Source: Candidatus Roizmanbacteria bacterium (GTDB taxonomy: Bacteria > Patescibacteriota > Microgenomatia > UBA1406 > GWC2-37-13). From it: a stretch of 64,000 nt of DNA. A program made the position numbers and the translations under genes. Positions 41,971 through 51,854 of this stretch are shown here, one piece after another. The stretch is taken from NCBI GenBank assembly GCA_016201695.1, contig JACQCK010000044.1, forward strand, positions 27 through 64,026, given 5' to 3'. Position 1 is the stretch's first letter. Each line of letters begins with the position of its first letter. The notes under the pieces were generated by a model, which did no database searches, was not told where the DNA came from, and saw only the letters and a list, made by a program, of their open reading frames with translations.

Positions 41971-42831
41971 TTACAGTGCGAGCTCTTTTAACTCCGTAGG
42001 TAAGACAGTAATTAAATCTTCTATATTATACCAGTATCCTTTCCTGGAAAAAAGCTTATCGGCGGAACGCTTCAAAAGATACGAAGCCAGAACGGCAGAC
42101 AGGAGTGGTTGGTTAGTCGCGTATAATGAAACCGTCAGCGCCGCCAGTAAATCGCCGGTTCCGCCCTTTGTCATCCCCGCGTTGCCGCCTTCAATGACGT
42201 AAGTTTCTTGCCCGTCAGAAACTATGTCCACGATCGCTTTTAAAAGGGTTACCGCCCGATAGTCTTTTGCATAGATTTTGACCTGATTAATTTTGTCGGC
42301 GGCACTTCTTTCAAAAATATCCTCGCCGAAGAGCTTTTCGAATTCTTTCTGATGAGGGGTAATAATCGGTGTCGTCTTTAATTCACGGAGCCATTCGGCG
42401 TCCATCATCTGTAAAGCGCCCGCGTCGATGACGAATTTTTTCTCCGGAAATTCCGACAGCAGTTTATAGGTAATCGTACGGGTATACTCGGCTTCCTTAC
42501 CGTCGCCCCGCATCATCCCCGGACCAATCAGGATAGCGTCGTCCTCCGCGACATACTCAAAAAGATGTTCCTGCGGCACTACCATACCGTTGTGAAATTT
42601 TTTTTTAAGCGATAAAAAAATTTCCTCATTTTCGGCCGTTGAGGCGTAATGTACCATATCGACAAAATGCGAGGCGACTTCTGCCGCCCACAAAGAGGCG
42701 GAGTGAAACAGAGATGAACCGCCGATGATTAATACTTTTCCGTTCTGTCCTTTGTGAGAGGCCGCCGCCGGCAGATTAAGGCCGGAAACAATTTCTCGGA
42801 TCGACTGCGGACGTGATGTCAGGATACGCAT
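41971..42831 (-). CDS. nnrD: NAD(P)H-hydrate dehydratase (YjeF C-terminal domain)
   Basis: HKGQNGKVLIIGGS, IGPG, IDAGAL, TPHQKEF, GGTGDLLA. Confidence 0.88.
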   Translation of the reverse strand: MRILTSRPQSIREIVSGLNLPAAASHKGQNGKVLIIGGSSLFHSASLWAAEVASHFVDMVHYASTAENEEIFLSLKKKFHNGMVVPQEHLFEYVAEDDAILIGPGMMRGDGKEAEYTRTITYKLLSEFPEKKFVIDAGALQMMDAEWLRELKTTPIITPHQKEFEKLFGEDIFERSAADKINQVKIYAKDYRAVTLLKAIVDIVSDGQETYVIEGGNAGMTKGGTGDLLAALTVSLYATNQPLLSAVLASYLLKRSADKLFSRKGYWYNIEDLITVLPTELKELAL

Positions 42832-42847
42832 GCTATAATTTTACTAT

Positions 42848-44704
42848 ATGGGCATTTCTCAACAACAGGTTCGTGACCGATTTCGGCGTTTTTGGGAAAA
42901 AAAAGCTCATAAAGAGGTCCCGCCCATCCCGCTTATCCCCAAAGATGATCCGACTACCTTGTTTACCGGAAGCGGCATGCAGCAGTTGGTCCCTTATCTT
43001 TTAGGAGAGCCGCACCCTCTCGGCACAAAATTATACAATATCCAACCTTGTTTCAGGGCTCAGGATATTGAAGAAATCGGCGATAACAGACACACCACCT
43101 TTTTTGAGATGATGGGCAATTGGTCTTTAGGAGATTATTTTAAAGAAGAGCAGTTGGCCTGGGTCTGGCAATTTTTCACCGAAGAGCTGGATCTTCCTAA
43201 AGAAAAACTCCATGTAAGCGTTTTTGAAGGAACGAAGCAAATCCGAAGCGACGAAGAGTCGGCCTTTATTTGGCGAAAATTAGGGCTGCCAAAAGACAAA
43301 ATTCATTTCTACGGCGCTGATAAAAATTGGTGGTCACGGGCCGGCGTCCCGGACAATATGCCGGCCGGCGAGCCGGGCGGTCCGGACAGTGAAGTGTTCT
43401 ACGATTTCGGCGAAGAGTTAAAAACTCACGAAAAATCTGCTTTCCAAAATCAGCCATGTCACCCCAACTGTGATTGCGGAAGATTTCTGGAAATCGGTAA
43501 TTCCGTATTTATGCAGTACAAAAAAGAAGAAGACGGCTCTTTCACCGATCTACCAAAAAAAAACGTTGATTTTGGTGGCGGGTTAGAAAGAATTTTAGCA
43601 GCTATTAACAATAATCAAGATGTTTTTGCTACAGATTTGTTCCGCCCTCTATTAAAAACAATTAAAGAAATAACATCGTCCCGATATTATTATGGACAAC
43701 ATATATGGATAAATAAATATTTTCGAATTATGGCTGATCATATAAAAGGATCAATAATGCTCATTAATGAAGGTGCTAATCCTTCGAATAAAGAGAGAGG
43801 ATATATTACACGAAGACTAATTAGGAGAGTCATTGGTTACGGGAGAAACTATTTACAAGTCAATAGAGCTTTTGTTGGAGAATTGGTTGAACCAGTTGTT
43901 CAAATATATGGAGACGTATACCCAGAATTGATTGAAAATAAACAACAAATAGAAAAGGTCCTAGTTGAAGAAGAAAACAATTTTATTAAAACATTACAAA
44001 AAGGAATAAATCAAATAAAAAAAGATTTTCAAAAATCGTCAAATTCAAAAAATAGAATAATAAAAGGTGAGAAAGCTTTTTATTACTATGAAACATTTGG
44101 GATTACTCCAGATTTAACTAAAGATATTGTTGAAGGATTGGGTGGTCAAAGGAATCAATCGTATGAAGTAGATTTCATAGACGCTAAAAGGAAACACCAA
44201 GAACAATCCCGTACTTCGTCTGCTGGAATGTTTAAAGGCGGATTAGCCAATCAGAGTGAACAAGCTCTAAAGTACCATACGGCCACTCATCTCCTCCACC
44301 AGGCGCTTTTTGATGTCTTGGGAAATGATGTCAGGCAGGAGGGATCAAACATTACCGGCGAAAGATTACGATTTGATTTTTCATCAGCAAAAAAACCGAC
44401 ACCTAATGAGATAAAAAAAATAGAAGACATTATAAATGCCAAAATAAAAGACAGTTTACTCATCGATTTTAAAATAATGACTCGAGACGAGGCTTACAAA
44501 ATCGGCGCCAAGTCTTTTTTTCGGGAAAAATATCCGGACATGGTCAAGGTTTATTTTATCGGCGCCGACGCCAGCTTGGAACACGCATACTCAAAAGAAT
44601 TTTGCGGCGGGCCTCACGTCAAAAACACAAGTGAAATAGAAACACTTGCCATTTTTAAACTGGAGAAAATCGGCAGCAACATCTATCGCCTTTATGCCCG
44701 ATAG
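42848..44704 (+). CDS. alaS: Alanine-tRNA ligase, short form lacking the C-Ala domain
   Basis: HTTFFEMMGNWS, DFGGGLER, editing motifs HTATHLLH and EFCGGPH; ends right after the editing domain. Confidence 0.95.
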   Translation: MGISQQQVRDRFRRFWEKKAHKEVPPIPLIPKDDPTTLFTGSGMQQLVPYLLGEPHPLGTKLYNIQPCFRAQDIEEIGDNRHTTFFEMMGNWSLGDYFKEEQLAWVWQFFTEELDLPKEKLHVSVFEGTKQIRSDEESAFIWRKLGLPKDKIHFYGADKNWWSRAGVPDNMPAGEPGGPDSEVFYDFGEELKTHEKSAFQNQPCHPNCDCGRFLEIGNSVFMQYKKEEDGSFTDLPKKNVDFGGGLERILAAINNNQDVFATDLFRPLLKTIKEITSSRYYYGQHIWINKYFRIMADHIKGSIMLINEGANPSNKERGYITRRLIRRVIGYGRNYLQVNRAFVGELVEPVVQIYGDVYPELIENKQQIEKVLVEEENNFIKTLQKGINQIKKDFQKSSNSKNRIIKGEKAFYYYETFGITPDLTKDIVEGLGGQRNQSYEVDFIDAKRKHQEQSRTSSAGMFKGGLANQSEQALKYHTATHLLHQALFDVLGNDVRQEGSNITGERLRFDFSSAKKPTPNEIKKIEDIINAKIKDSLLIDFKIMTRDEAYKIGAKSFFREKYPDMVKVYFIGADASLEHAYSKEFCGGPHVKNTSEIETLAIFKLEKIGSNIYRLYAR

Positions 44705-44750
44705 GAAATCTGATTGACAATCGGATTTCCATATATTATAGTGGTTAGGT

Positions 44751-45590
44751 ATGCCACCAAGAAAAAAAACTCCACGAAATAAATCGACTCCTCTTCAGCC
44801 GGCAACACCGGAATATGTCCGCCCTCCTTCCGGTCCGTCCAACCTCTTAATCATTCTTCTTATTGCGGTGTCTTTTTTTGCCGGTTATCTTTTCTTCCGA
44901 CTGCAAAGCCTTGAACAAGGTAAGAAAGATACGGTAACTCAAAACCTTCCGCAAAAGGCCCAACCGGTTGCGCTCGGTCAGATTAAAAAATTATTCAGTA
45001 ACGATTATATTCATTTCGGTAACGCCGATAAAAAAGTACTATTCGCCGAGATCTTAGATCCAAGCTGCCCTTACTGCCATGTCGCCGGTGGAAGGGACTC
45101 CGAACTCAGCAAGCAAACAGGCCGATTCCAGTACATAACGAACGGCGGCACTTACACCCCACCGGTTCCGGAAATGCGAAAACTGGTCGATGAAGGCAAG
45201 GCTTCGTATGCGGTGATTTACAGCCCGGGACACGGAAACGGTGAAGTCGCGATGGAAACTTTGTACTGCGCTTTTGACAGCGGTAAGTTCTGGGAAGTCC
45301 ACGATAAATTGATGAGTTACGAGGGATATACACTCATCAACGACAAAGTACAAAATAATAAAGCCAACGTATCGCTGGTCGTCAATTTTTTAGGAGACAT
45401 TGTTGATCCGCAAACCCTAAAAACCTGTATCGAAAGCGGCAAGTATGACCAAAGGCTACAAAAAGAACAACAGCTTAGTCAGGCACTTGGCTTTCAGGGT
45501 ACGCCGCACTTTTTTGTGAACACGACTTCGTTTGGCGGTGCCTACGACTACAAACAAATACAACCGGTCGTCGACTCAGCACTAAAATAA
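44751..45590 (+). CDS. DsbA/thioredoxin-fold membrane-anchored oxidoreductase
   Basis: TM helix, CPYC, GTPHFFVN. Confidence 0.85.
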   Translation: MPPRKKTPRNKSTPLQPATPEYVRPPSGPSNLLIILLIAVSFFAGYLFFRLQSLEQGKKDTVTQNLPQKAQPVALGQIKKLFSNDYIHFGNADKKVLFAEILDPSCPYCHVAGGRDSELSKQTGRFQYITNGGTYTPPVPEMRKLVDEGKASYAVIYSPGHGNGEVAMETLYCAFDSGKFWEVHDKLMSYEGYTLINDKVQNNKANVSLVVNFLGDIVDPQTLKTCIESGKYDQRLQKEQQLSQALGFQGTPHFFVNTTSFGGAYDYKQIQPVVDSALK

Positions 45591-45618
45591 TTTTCTACTC
45601 TGTTGTATAATGCCGGCA

Positions 45619-46499
45619 TGACCGCGTATGAAAGGCGGATTACGAAAATATCTGCATTTATAAAGAAAAAATTACCCCTGGGCTTTCAACCTCAATTTGC
45701 GCTTACTCTCGGTTCGGGCGGACTCGGAGATATCGCCAACAGTTTTAAGCTTGTTACCGACCCTATTCCTTATTCGCAAATCCCCCGGTTCATCACTACT
45801 TCTGTCGAAGGACATAAGGGCAATTTTCTGGCCGGATATATTGCCGAAGTACCGGTAATCGGATTTCAAGGAAGAAAACACTTTTACGAACTCGGCGGTC
45901 AGCCAGACCTGGTCAACTCACTGCAAGAGATTACTTTACCGGTACAAGTCGCGCACCAGCTTGGAGCCAGAATTTATTTTGCCACCAATGCTGCCGGCGC
46001 ACTCAACTTACGATACAAACCCGGAGATATTATGATCATTTCTTCACATTTTGGCTTGTTTTTTCCAAATCCCCTACAGGGTCCGGTCGTCTTCAACGCC
46101 AAGCGCTTTATTCCTCAAAATAACGCGTACGGTCAGAGGCTGCGGCTGCTTCTTCACAAAGCCTCTAGTAAAATTAAGATGCACCAACATGTACATGAGG
46201 GCGTGTACGCGGCGGTACCGGGGCCGACTTACGAGGCACGTGCTGAATCGCAGGCGTTGAGGAAACTGGGAATCGATGCGGTCGGGATGTCAACGGTACC
46301 GGAAATAATCGTTGCAACAAGCCTAGGAATGGAAACTATCGGTCTATCTCTTATAACCAACGTCATTGCCAGCGACGGAACAAACGCCACCTCCCACGAG
46401 GAAGTTATGCGGACTTTAAGCAATCCCAAAACTCGTAAGCGAATCAACCGACTATTGGAGACCTTTTTTCACCTTTACTCACCGCCACTTCCGAAGTGA
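45619..46499 (+). CDS. Purine nucleoside phosphorylase (trimeric type)
   Basis: LGSGG, VEGHKG, QGRKHFYE, TNAAGALN, GPTYE, DAVGMSTVPE; start at ATG 45619, 6 nt after TATAAT. Confidence 0.9.
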
Positions 46500-46614
46500 C
46501 GAATTATTTTTAGACTACCACAACAGTAGAATCAAAATTTACGGTGTATATTCAAAAACGCCCGTAAACAGTTGAAGCCGTAAATATCAACTAAACAACA
46601 CTTCGGAAGTGGCG
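46483..46614. repeat. 132-nt element closed by perfect 16-bp inverted repeats (rod hairpin; ncRNA or MITE-like)
   Basis: CGCCACTTCCGAAGTG (46483-46498) and CACTTCGGAAGTGGCG (46599-46614); nested pairs TTTAG/CTAAA, TTTACGG/CCGTAAA, TTCAA/TTGAA. Confidence 0.8.
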
Positions 46615-46640
46615 AAATCAAATCGAGATCGAGACTAACT

Positions 46641-46717
46641 TGGTGACGCGTATGGGATTCGAACCCATGATTTACAGGTTGAGAACCTGTCGTCCTGGGC
46701 CACTAGACGAACGCGCC
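46641..46717 (-). tRNA. tRNA-Glu(CTC)
   Basis: Acceptor GGCGCGT/ACGCGTC, anticodon arm ACAGG-TTCTCAA-CCTGT, TTCGAAT loop, encoded CCA. Confidence 0.93.
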
Positions 46718-46768
46718 GGGGCCGTATTTGACATTTATTTTTAAATGTAGTATATTGTAACAACATAA

Positions 46769-46803
46769 CCCCCGAAGAACAAGTTCAGAGGGGGCATTTT
46801 TTT
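46769..46803 (+). terminator. Terminator-like hairpin in the greA leader
   Basis: CCCCC...GGGGG stem, then CA and T7 directly before the greA ATG, downstream of a TTGACA promoter. Confidence 0.55.
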
Positions 46804-47268
46804 ATGAAGTCTTTCCAATTTACCAAGGACGGTTTTGAGAAGCTGAAAAAAGAGCTCGAGGATTTAACAGGCAAAAAACGCCCGTACGCCGTTGACCGAC
46901 TGCAGCGAGCCCGCGCCATGGGCGATCTTTCCGAAAACAGCGAGTATGTTGCCGCCAAAGAGGACCTGGCCTTTATCGAGGGCAGGATTCAGGAACTGGA
47001 AGAAGTCGTTAAAAACGCCATCGTTGTTGAAACCCATGTTGATGCCCAAACAATAGAAATCGGTTCTCATATTGTTGTGACTAAAGCCGGCCGCGAAGAG
47101 GAGTTCACCATCGTTGGCGAGTTTGAAGCCGATCCTTTACATAAAAAAGTTTCTTATACTTCGCCGCTCGGCAAGGCGCTCCTTGACAAAAAAATCGGCG
47201 AGGAGGTAGAAATTACCGCTCCGGCCGGTAAGCACCGCTATAAAATACTCGCGATAAAAAAAATCTGA
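46804..47268 (+). CDS. greA: Transcription elongation factor GreA
   Basis: GDLSENSEY, SPLGKALL. Confidence 0.95.
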   Translation: MKSFQFTKDGFEKLKKELEDLTGKKRPYAVDRLQRARAMGDLSENSEYVAAKEDLAFIEGRIQELEEVVKNAIVVETHVDAQTIEIGSHIVVTKAGREEEFTIVGEFEADPLHKKVSYTSPLGKALLDKKIGEEVEITAPAGKHRYKILAIKKI

Positions 47269-47297
47269 TTGCGTCAGACTCGTGATATACTATCTTT

Positions 47298-48902
47298 ATG
47301 ATCTGGGTTGACCGCGAAGTGCAAAAACTGAAAAACCGCCAAAATGCTATTGAGTGGGTAGACGATATGAAGACTCCGTCAGGGCGCGTTCATGTCGGTG
47401 CCCTACGCGGCGTCGTCATCCATGACCTCGTTTACAAAGCGCTGCTTGAAAATAACATCAAAGCCAAGTTTACTTATGTTTTCAATGATCTTGACCCGAT
47501 GGACGCCATTCCGTCATATATTAAGTTTTCACAGTGGCAAAAATACGAAGGGGTTCCACTGTATAAAATTCCCTCGCCAGAAAAAGGCTACGCCAGTTTT
47601 GCCGAATTTTACGCTAAGGAATTTCAACATGTTTTTGAGTCAATCAACTGTCACCCGGAAATAATCTGGTCTTCCAAACTGTATCTGTCCGGTCAGATGA
47701 ATGCTGTCATCCGCGAAGTTCTCGACAACGCCAAAACCGTCCGCACAATCTATAGTCGCATCGCCAAAGCCCATAAAGCGGACGATTGGTATCCTTTTCA
47801 GGTCGTTTGCGAAAACTGCGGCAAAGTCGGGACTACGGTCGTCTACGACTGGGACGGCAAACATGTTTTTTATCATTGCCAACCACAGCTGGTTGTCTGG
47901 GCTAAGGGATGCGGTCACAAAGGAAAAATTACGCCGTTTGACGGACACGGAAAATTACCCTGGAAAATTGATTGGCCCGCCCATTGGAAAGTAATGGGTG
48001 TCACCATTGAAGGATCCGGCAAGGATCACATGTCTTCCGGCGGCTCGTATGATTTTGCGTCGGCAATTTGCCGGGAAGTTTTGCACATTGAACCGCCGTA
48101 TGCCATACCGTATGAATGGTTTACAATCGGCGGCCGGAAAATGTCTTCCTCAAAAGGCATCGGCAGTTCTGCCAAAGAAGTGGCGCAAATCCTGCCGGCT
48201 GATGTTTTGAGATTTTTAATTGTCCGGACTCCGATCGCGACCGCGCTCGACTTTAATCCGTACGGCGAAACAATTCTAAATTTATTTGATGATTATGACC
48301 GGTGTCTCGAGGCTCATTTTACTGTCATTGAGAAAAAAATTCCTTCGGGAAAACCGGGCGAGGTGATCCTGGAGTTTGCCCGAATTATCGAACTCTCTGA
48401 AGTGAGGCCGCTTCCGCAAAAGAGAATCTTTTTGCCCCGCTTCCGAACCGTGGTCAATCTCTTGAAATCAAAAGCCGCTCTTTTAGAATTCTTTGAAAAA
48501 CAAAAGGGAAATAAATTGAACGCTGAAGAAAAAAGTCTGCTTGAAGAGCGGGAAATTTTCGCGCAGGTATATCTAAAATCGTATGCCGCCGCCGGAGAAA
48601 AGCTGACGTTCCTCGCCCGTCTTCCGGCAAATTTATCCCTGACTGCCAACCAAAAGAAGTTTCTTAACGGCTTAAGAACTAATCTTAAGCCAATAATTAA
48701 TCCGCCGACCCGCGACGAACTGCAAAATATAGTGTTCTAGATTCTAAAAAACGGTGATTATCAGGTAAAAGAAGTATTTCCGGCCTTTTATCAAATTCTA
48801 TCGGGACATAAATTCGGCCCCAAAGCCGCCGATTTAATCCTCGAATTCGGGCTCGACAAAGTCATTCGCCGCTTAGATGAGGTAGTTGACAAGCAAAAAT
48901 AA
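47298..48902 (+). CDS. lysS: Class I lysine-tRNA ligase with an in-frame TAG at 48738-48740
   Basis: TPSGRVHVG, GKLPWKIDW, GKDH, KMSSSKG; frame continues 53 codons past the TAG (AFYQILSGHKFGPK) to TAA 48902. Confidence 0.88.
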
Positions 48903-48919
48903 CCAAGGTATACTGCTTC

Positions 48920-49483
48920 ATGAAATATACGGCTCCTTCTTGGGAATCGTTTCATACTTCAGTTTTTCGCCTCGCCAAAAAAATTTATGCCAGCGACTAT
49001 CGCTTTGATCTTATTGTTGCCATAGCCCGAGGAGGTCTGACCGTGGCCCACATTTTCTCCGATTTCTTCAACCGCCCCATCACAACCTTTACGATCTCAA
49101 CTTACACTGACCTCAAGCAGCATCGCGTGCCGGAAATTATTCTAAAGATCGGGGATAAATTAGACCATAAGCAGATACTCCTCGTTGACGACGTATCGGA
49201 TACCGGCAAAACTTTTGTCCGGGGGATAAATTATCTTAAAGAGTTAGGCGCTTCCGAAATCAGAACCGCCGCGGTTTATATTAAGCCGTGGACAAAATTT
49301 GTTCCGGACTACTTTGTTAAAAAAACCGCTGCTTGGATTGTTTTTCCTTATGAAGTTAAGGAAACAATCGGTGCTTTATCCAAAAACCTAAAGCAGGAAA
49401 AAATCTCCGATAGGAAAATAAGGAAAGTCTTTGCTAAGATTGGGATACCGAAGCGATATTTGGATTTCTTTTATTCATCTTAA
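48920..49483 (+). CDS. Type I phosphoribosyltransferase (hypoxanthine/xanthine/guanine PRT-like)
   Basis: IARGG, LLVDDVSDTGKT, WIVFPYE; own promoter TTGACA-17-TATACT at 48886-48914. Confidence 0.85.
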   Translation: MKYTAPSWESFHTSVFRLAKKIYASDYRFDLIVAIARGGLTVAHIFSDFFNRPITTFTISTYTDLKQHRVPEIILKIGDKLDHKQILLVDDVSDTGKTFVRGINYLKELGASEIRTAAVYIKPWTKFVPDYFVKKTAAWIVFPYEVKETIGALSKNLKQEKISDRKIRKVFAKIGIPKRYLDFFYSS

Positions 49484-49489
49484 GTTGTT

Positions 49490-51008
49490 ATGATACGCAT
49501 CATTGACTTTGGTTCACAGACGACTCACCTGATTTCAAGAAGAATCCGCGAACTTGGTTCTCCGGTTGAAATAACCACTCCGCAACTGGCTCTCGAATTC
49601 AAAGGCGTGCTACCGGACGGAATTATTTTTTCCGGCGGCCCGGCTTCGGTTTACGAAAAAAGCGCCCCGACAATTGATAAAAAACTAATGAGTCTTAACA
49701 TTCCTATTCTGGGTATCTGTTATGGCGAACAGCTCATTTCTTATTTGGCAAACGGCCGGGTCCGGCCCGCAAAAAGAAGGAATACGGCCCGGCGACACTA
49801 AACATAAATGGCGCCTGCCGGCTGCTCTTGAATATTCCGGCCCGCTCGCCGGTATGGATGTCGCACGGTGACGAAGTCGTCAAAATTCCGGCCGGTTTCA
49901 AAACGCTCGCCGCCACCGAAACTATCCGTCATGCCGTCATCGCCGATGAACAGAAAAATATTTACGGCATTCAGTTTCACCCCGAAGTTATCCATACGAA
50001 ATAAGGCCGGGAGATTCTCACCAACTTTCTCAAAATCTGTCAGGTCAGATTAAATAAACAGTTTCTTGATAAAACTTTTGTCAAGCAGCTTGTTTCAGAT
50101 ATTAAAATAAAAGTCCATCAGGAAAAAGCCATCTGCGCCCTGTCAGGCGGCGTTGATTCCACGGTGGCCGCACTACTCGTTCACCGGGCGGTCGGCAGTC
50201 GCCTTACTTCAGTATATATCGACTCGGGGCTCATGCGGGAGAATGAAACCAGCGAACTAAAAAAAGTATTCGCCAAGTATTATCTTTTGAAAATAAAAGT
50301 CGTCAACGCCAAAGAAATTTTTTTAGAAAATCTGAAGGGGGTAATCAACCCCGAAAAAAAGCGACAGATCATCGGCCGGACTTTTATCAAAGTACTGGAA
50401 AAAGAAGCAAAAAAAACCGGCGCCCGCTTTTTAGTACAAGGAACAATCTATCCAGACGTCATCGAAAGCGCCGGCACCAAACACAGTCAAAAAATAAAGA
50501 CGCACCATAACGTTGCCGGACTCCCCAAGCATATGAATCTGGCTCTTATCGAGCCACTGCGGACTTTCTATAAGGACGAAGTCAGAAAAATCGGCGCGCT
50601 TCTTGATCTTCCCGCCCACATTATTCAGCGCCAGCCGTTTCCCGGCCCGGGTCTGGCGATCCGTATTATCGGCAAAGTCACCCGGAAAAAATTGCAGATT
50701 TTGCGAAAATCAGACCGGATTATCCAGGAAGAAATCGCAAGGACAAAATTAAACAAAAACTGTGGCAGGTATTTGCCGTCTATACCGGCATAAAAACGAC
50801 CGGCGTCCGCGGCGACAACCGCGCCTACGGCGACACCATCGGGATCAGAGCGCTCCTGGCCAAAGACGCCATGAGCGCCAGTTGGGCCCGCCTGCCTTAT
50901 GATTTGTTGGATAAAATGAGTGTTCGCATCGTCAACGAGATTCCATCGGTCAATCGTGTTGTCTATGACATTACCAACAAGCCCCCGGCCACGATGGAGT
51001 GGGAATAA
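49490..51008 (+). pseudogene. guaA: GMP synthase with three lesions
   Basis: DFGSQ, GICYG; frameshift near 49770; WMSHGD, QFHPEV; in-frame TAA 50002-50004; SGGVDS, IKTHHNV, PFPGPGL; frameshift in the A-run near 50757; ends KPPATMEWE*. Confidence 0.9.
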
Positions 51009-51010
51009 AG

Positions 51011-51718
51011 TCAGATCACCCTTAATGCTTCGCGTTCGGCCATGAGACAAAACTGCCCGGCGGCATTGTCTATTTCCGCAACCCTCACGACCGAAAAAGC
51101 CGGCACATCTGGGTGTCCGGTTCCATGTTGCTCCACCCATCCCTGATAATCTTTATCCATCCCGACGCCCCAGGCAACCCGAACACCACTTTGCCCTGAC
51201 ACCGCGCCCAAAACCGGGCCACCCGCGCCGTACCTGGCGGCAACGTCGTCAATCACCAAAACGGCGCTACCCTCGGCAAAATTAGGTACCCCAAACCAGC
51301 ACCGCCCTTGTGTTTTATACGACCGGCCCTCGACTACTATTCCGTCATGTTCTACCGGTGGATTAACATATTTTATTGCATAAGTTATTTCGGGCGCCGG
51401 AAGATGACGGCTGACCGCTTGAGCCAGACCGGCGCCGGCGTCAAGAATCCCCAAGATGTGAGTCGGCTGAAAAGCGGAAAAGACATAAGCCAGAATCTCC
51501 CCCATTTTGTCCTCGATAGCCGGATTTCTGCCTGGATCTTTATTAAACTCACCCCAACTAATATAATCGGGTATCGTTGGATGAAGAGTCGCGTTGGCTA
51601 AGATGCGACTACGCAGTCCCCGCCAACTGACTAATAGATTTGGCGGCAAATTAACCTCCGTCCTCCTTCTTAAGCTTATAGCACTATCAATTAACTGATT
51701 TGGCAAACGTAAACCCAT
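51011..51718 (-). CDS. Divergent type I PRTase (xanthine/adenine PRT-like)
   Basis: ILGILDAGAGLA, YAIK, degenerate PRPP loop VLVIDDVAARYGA, GVGMDK. Confidence 0.65.
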   Translation of the reverse strand: MGLRLPNQLIDSAISLRRRTEVNLPPNLLVSWRGLRSRILANATLHPTIPDYISWGEFNKDPGRNPAIEDKMGEILAYVFSAFQPTHILGILDAGAGLAQAVSRHLPAPEITYAIKYVNPPVEHDGIVVEGRSYKTQGRCWFGVPNFAEGSAVLVIDDVAARYGAGGPVLGAVSGQSGVRVAWGVGMDKDYQGWVEQHGTGHPDVPAFSVVRVAEIDNAAGQFCLMAEREALRVI

Positions 51719-51720
51719 AT

Positions 51721-51744
51721 AAAAAAATCGGCCGCTCGGGCCGA
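51721..51744 (-). terminator. Terminator-like hairpin 2 nt upstream of the PRTase ATG
   Basis: TCGGCC-CGAGC-GGCCGA followed by T7. Confidence 0.65.
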
Positions 51745-51854
51745 CAAATTACACCTTTAAATTTTATTAATTTGGGTCAAGAACTTCTTTCTTGATCCTT
51801 CCATGTATATTTTTAGCAAACGACCTTACGAATGTCAAGAGACTATCAGGAAGT

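Noticed and set aside
46483..46614. SRP (4.5S) RNA
   Set aside because: The conserved GGAA tetraloop/domain IV sequence is not present on either strand
2902..50004. Stop-codon reassignment as the explanation for the internal TAA/TAG in argH, lysS and guaA
   Set aside because: TAA, TAG and TGA all end conserved genes at their expected positions here (ftsH and glmS TAG, pyrG TGA, secA TAA), and frameshifts co-occur
50625..51140. 171-aa minus-strand ORF
   Set aside because: Shadow of the frameshifted guaA C-terminus and the PRTase end
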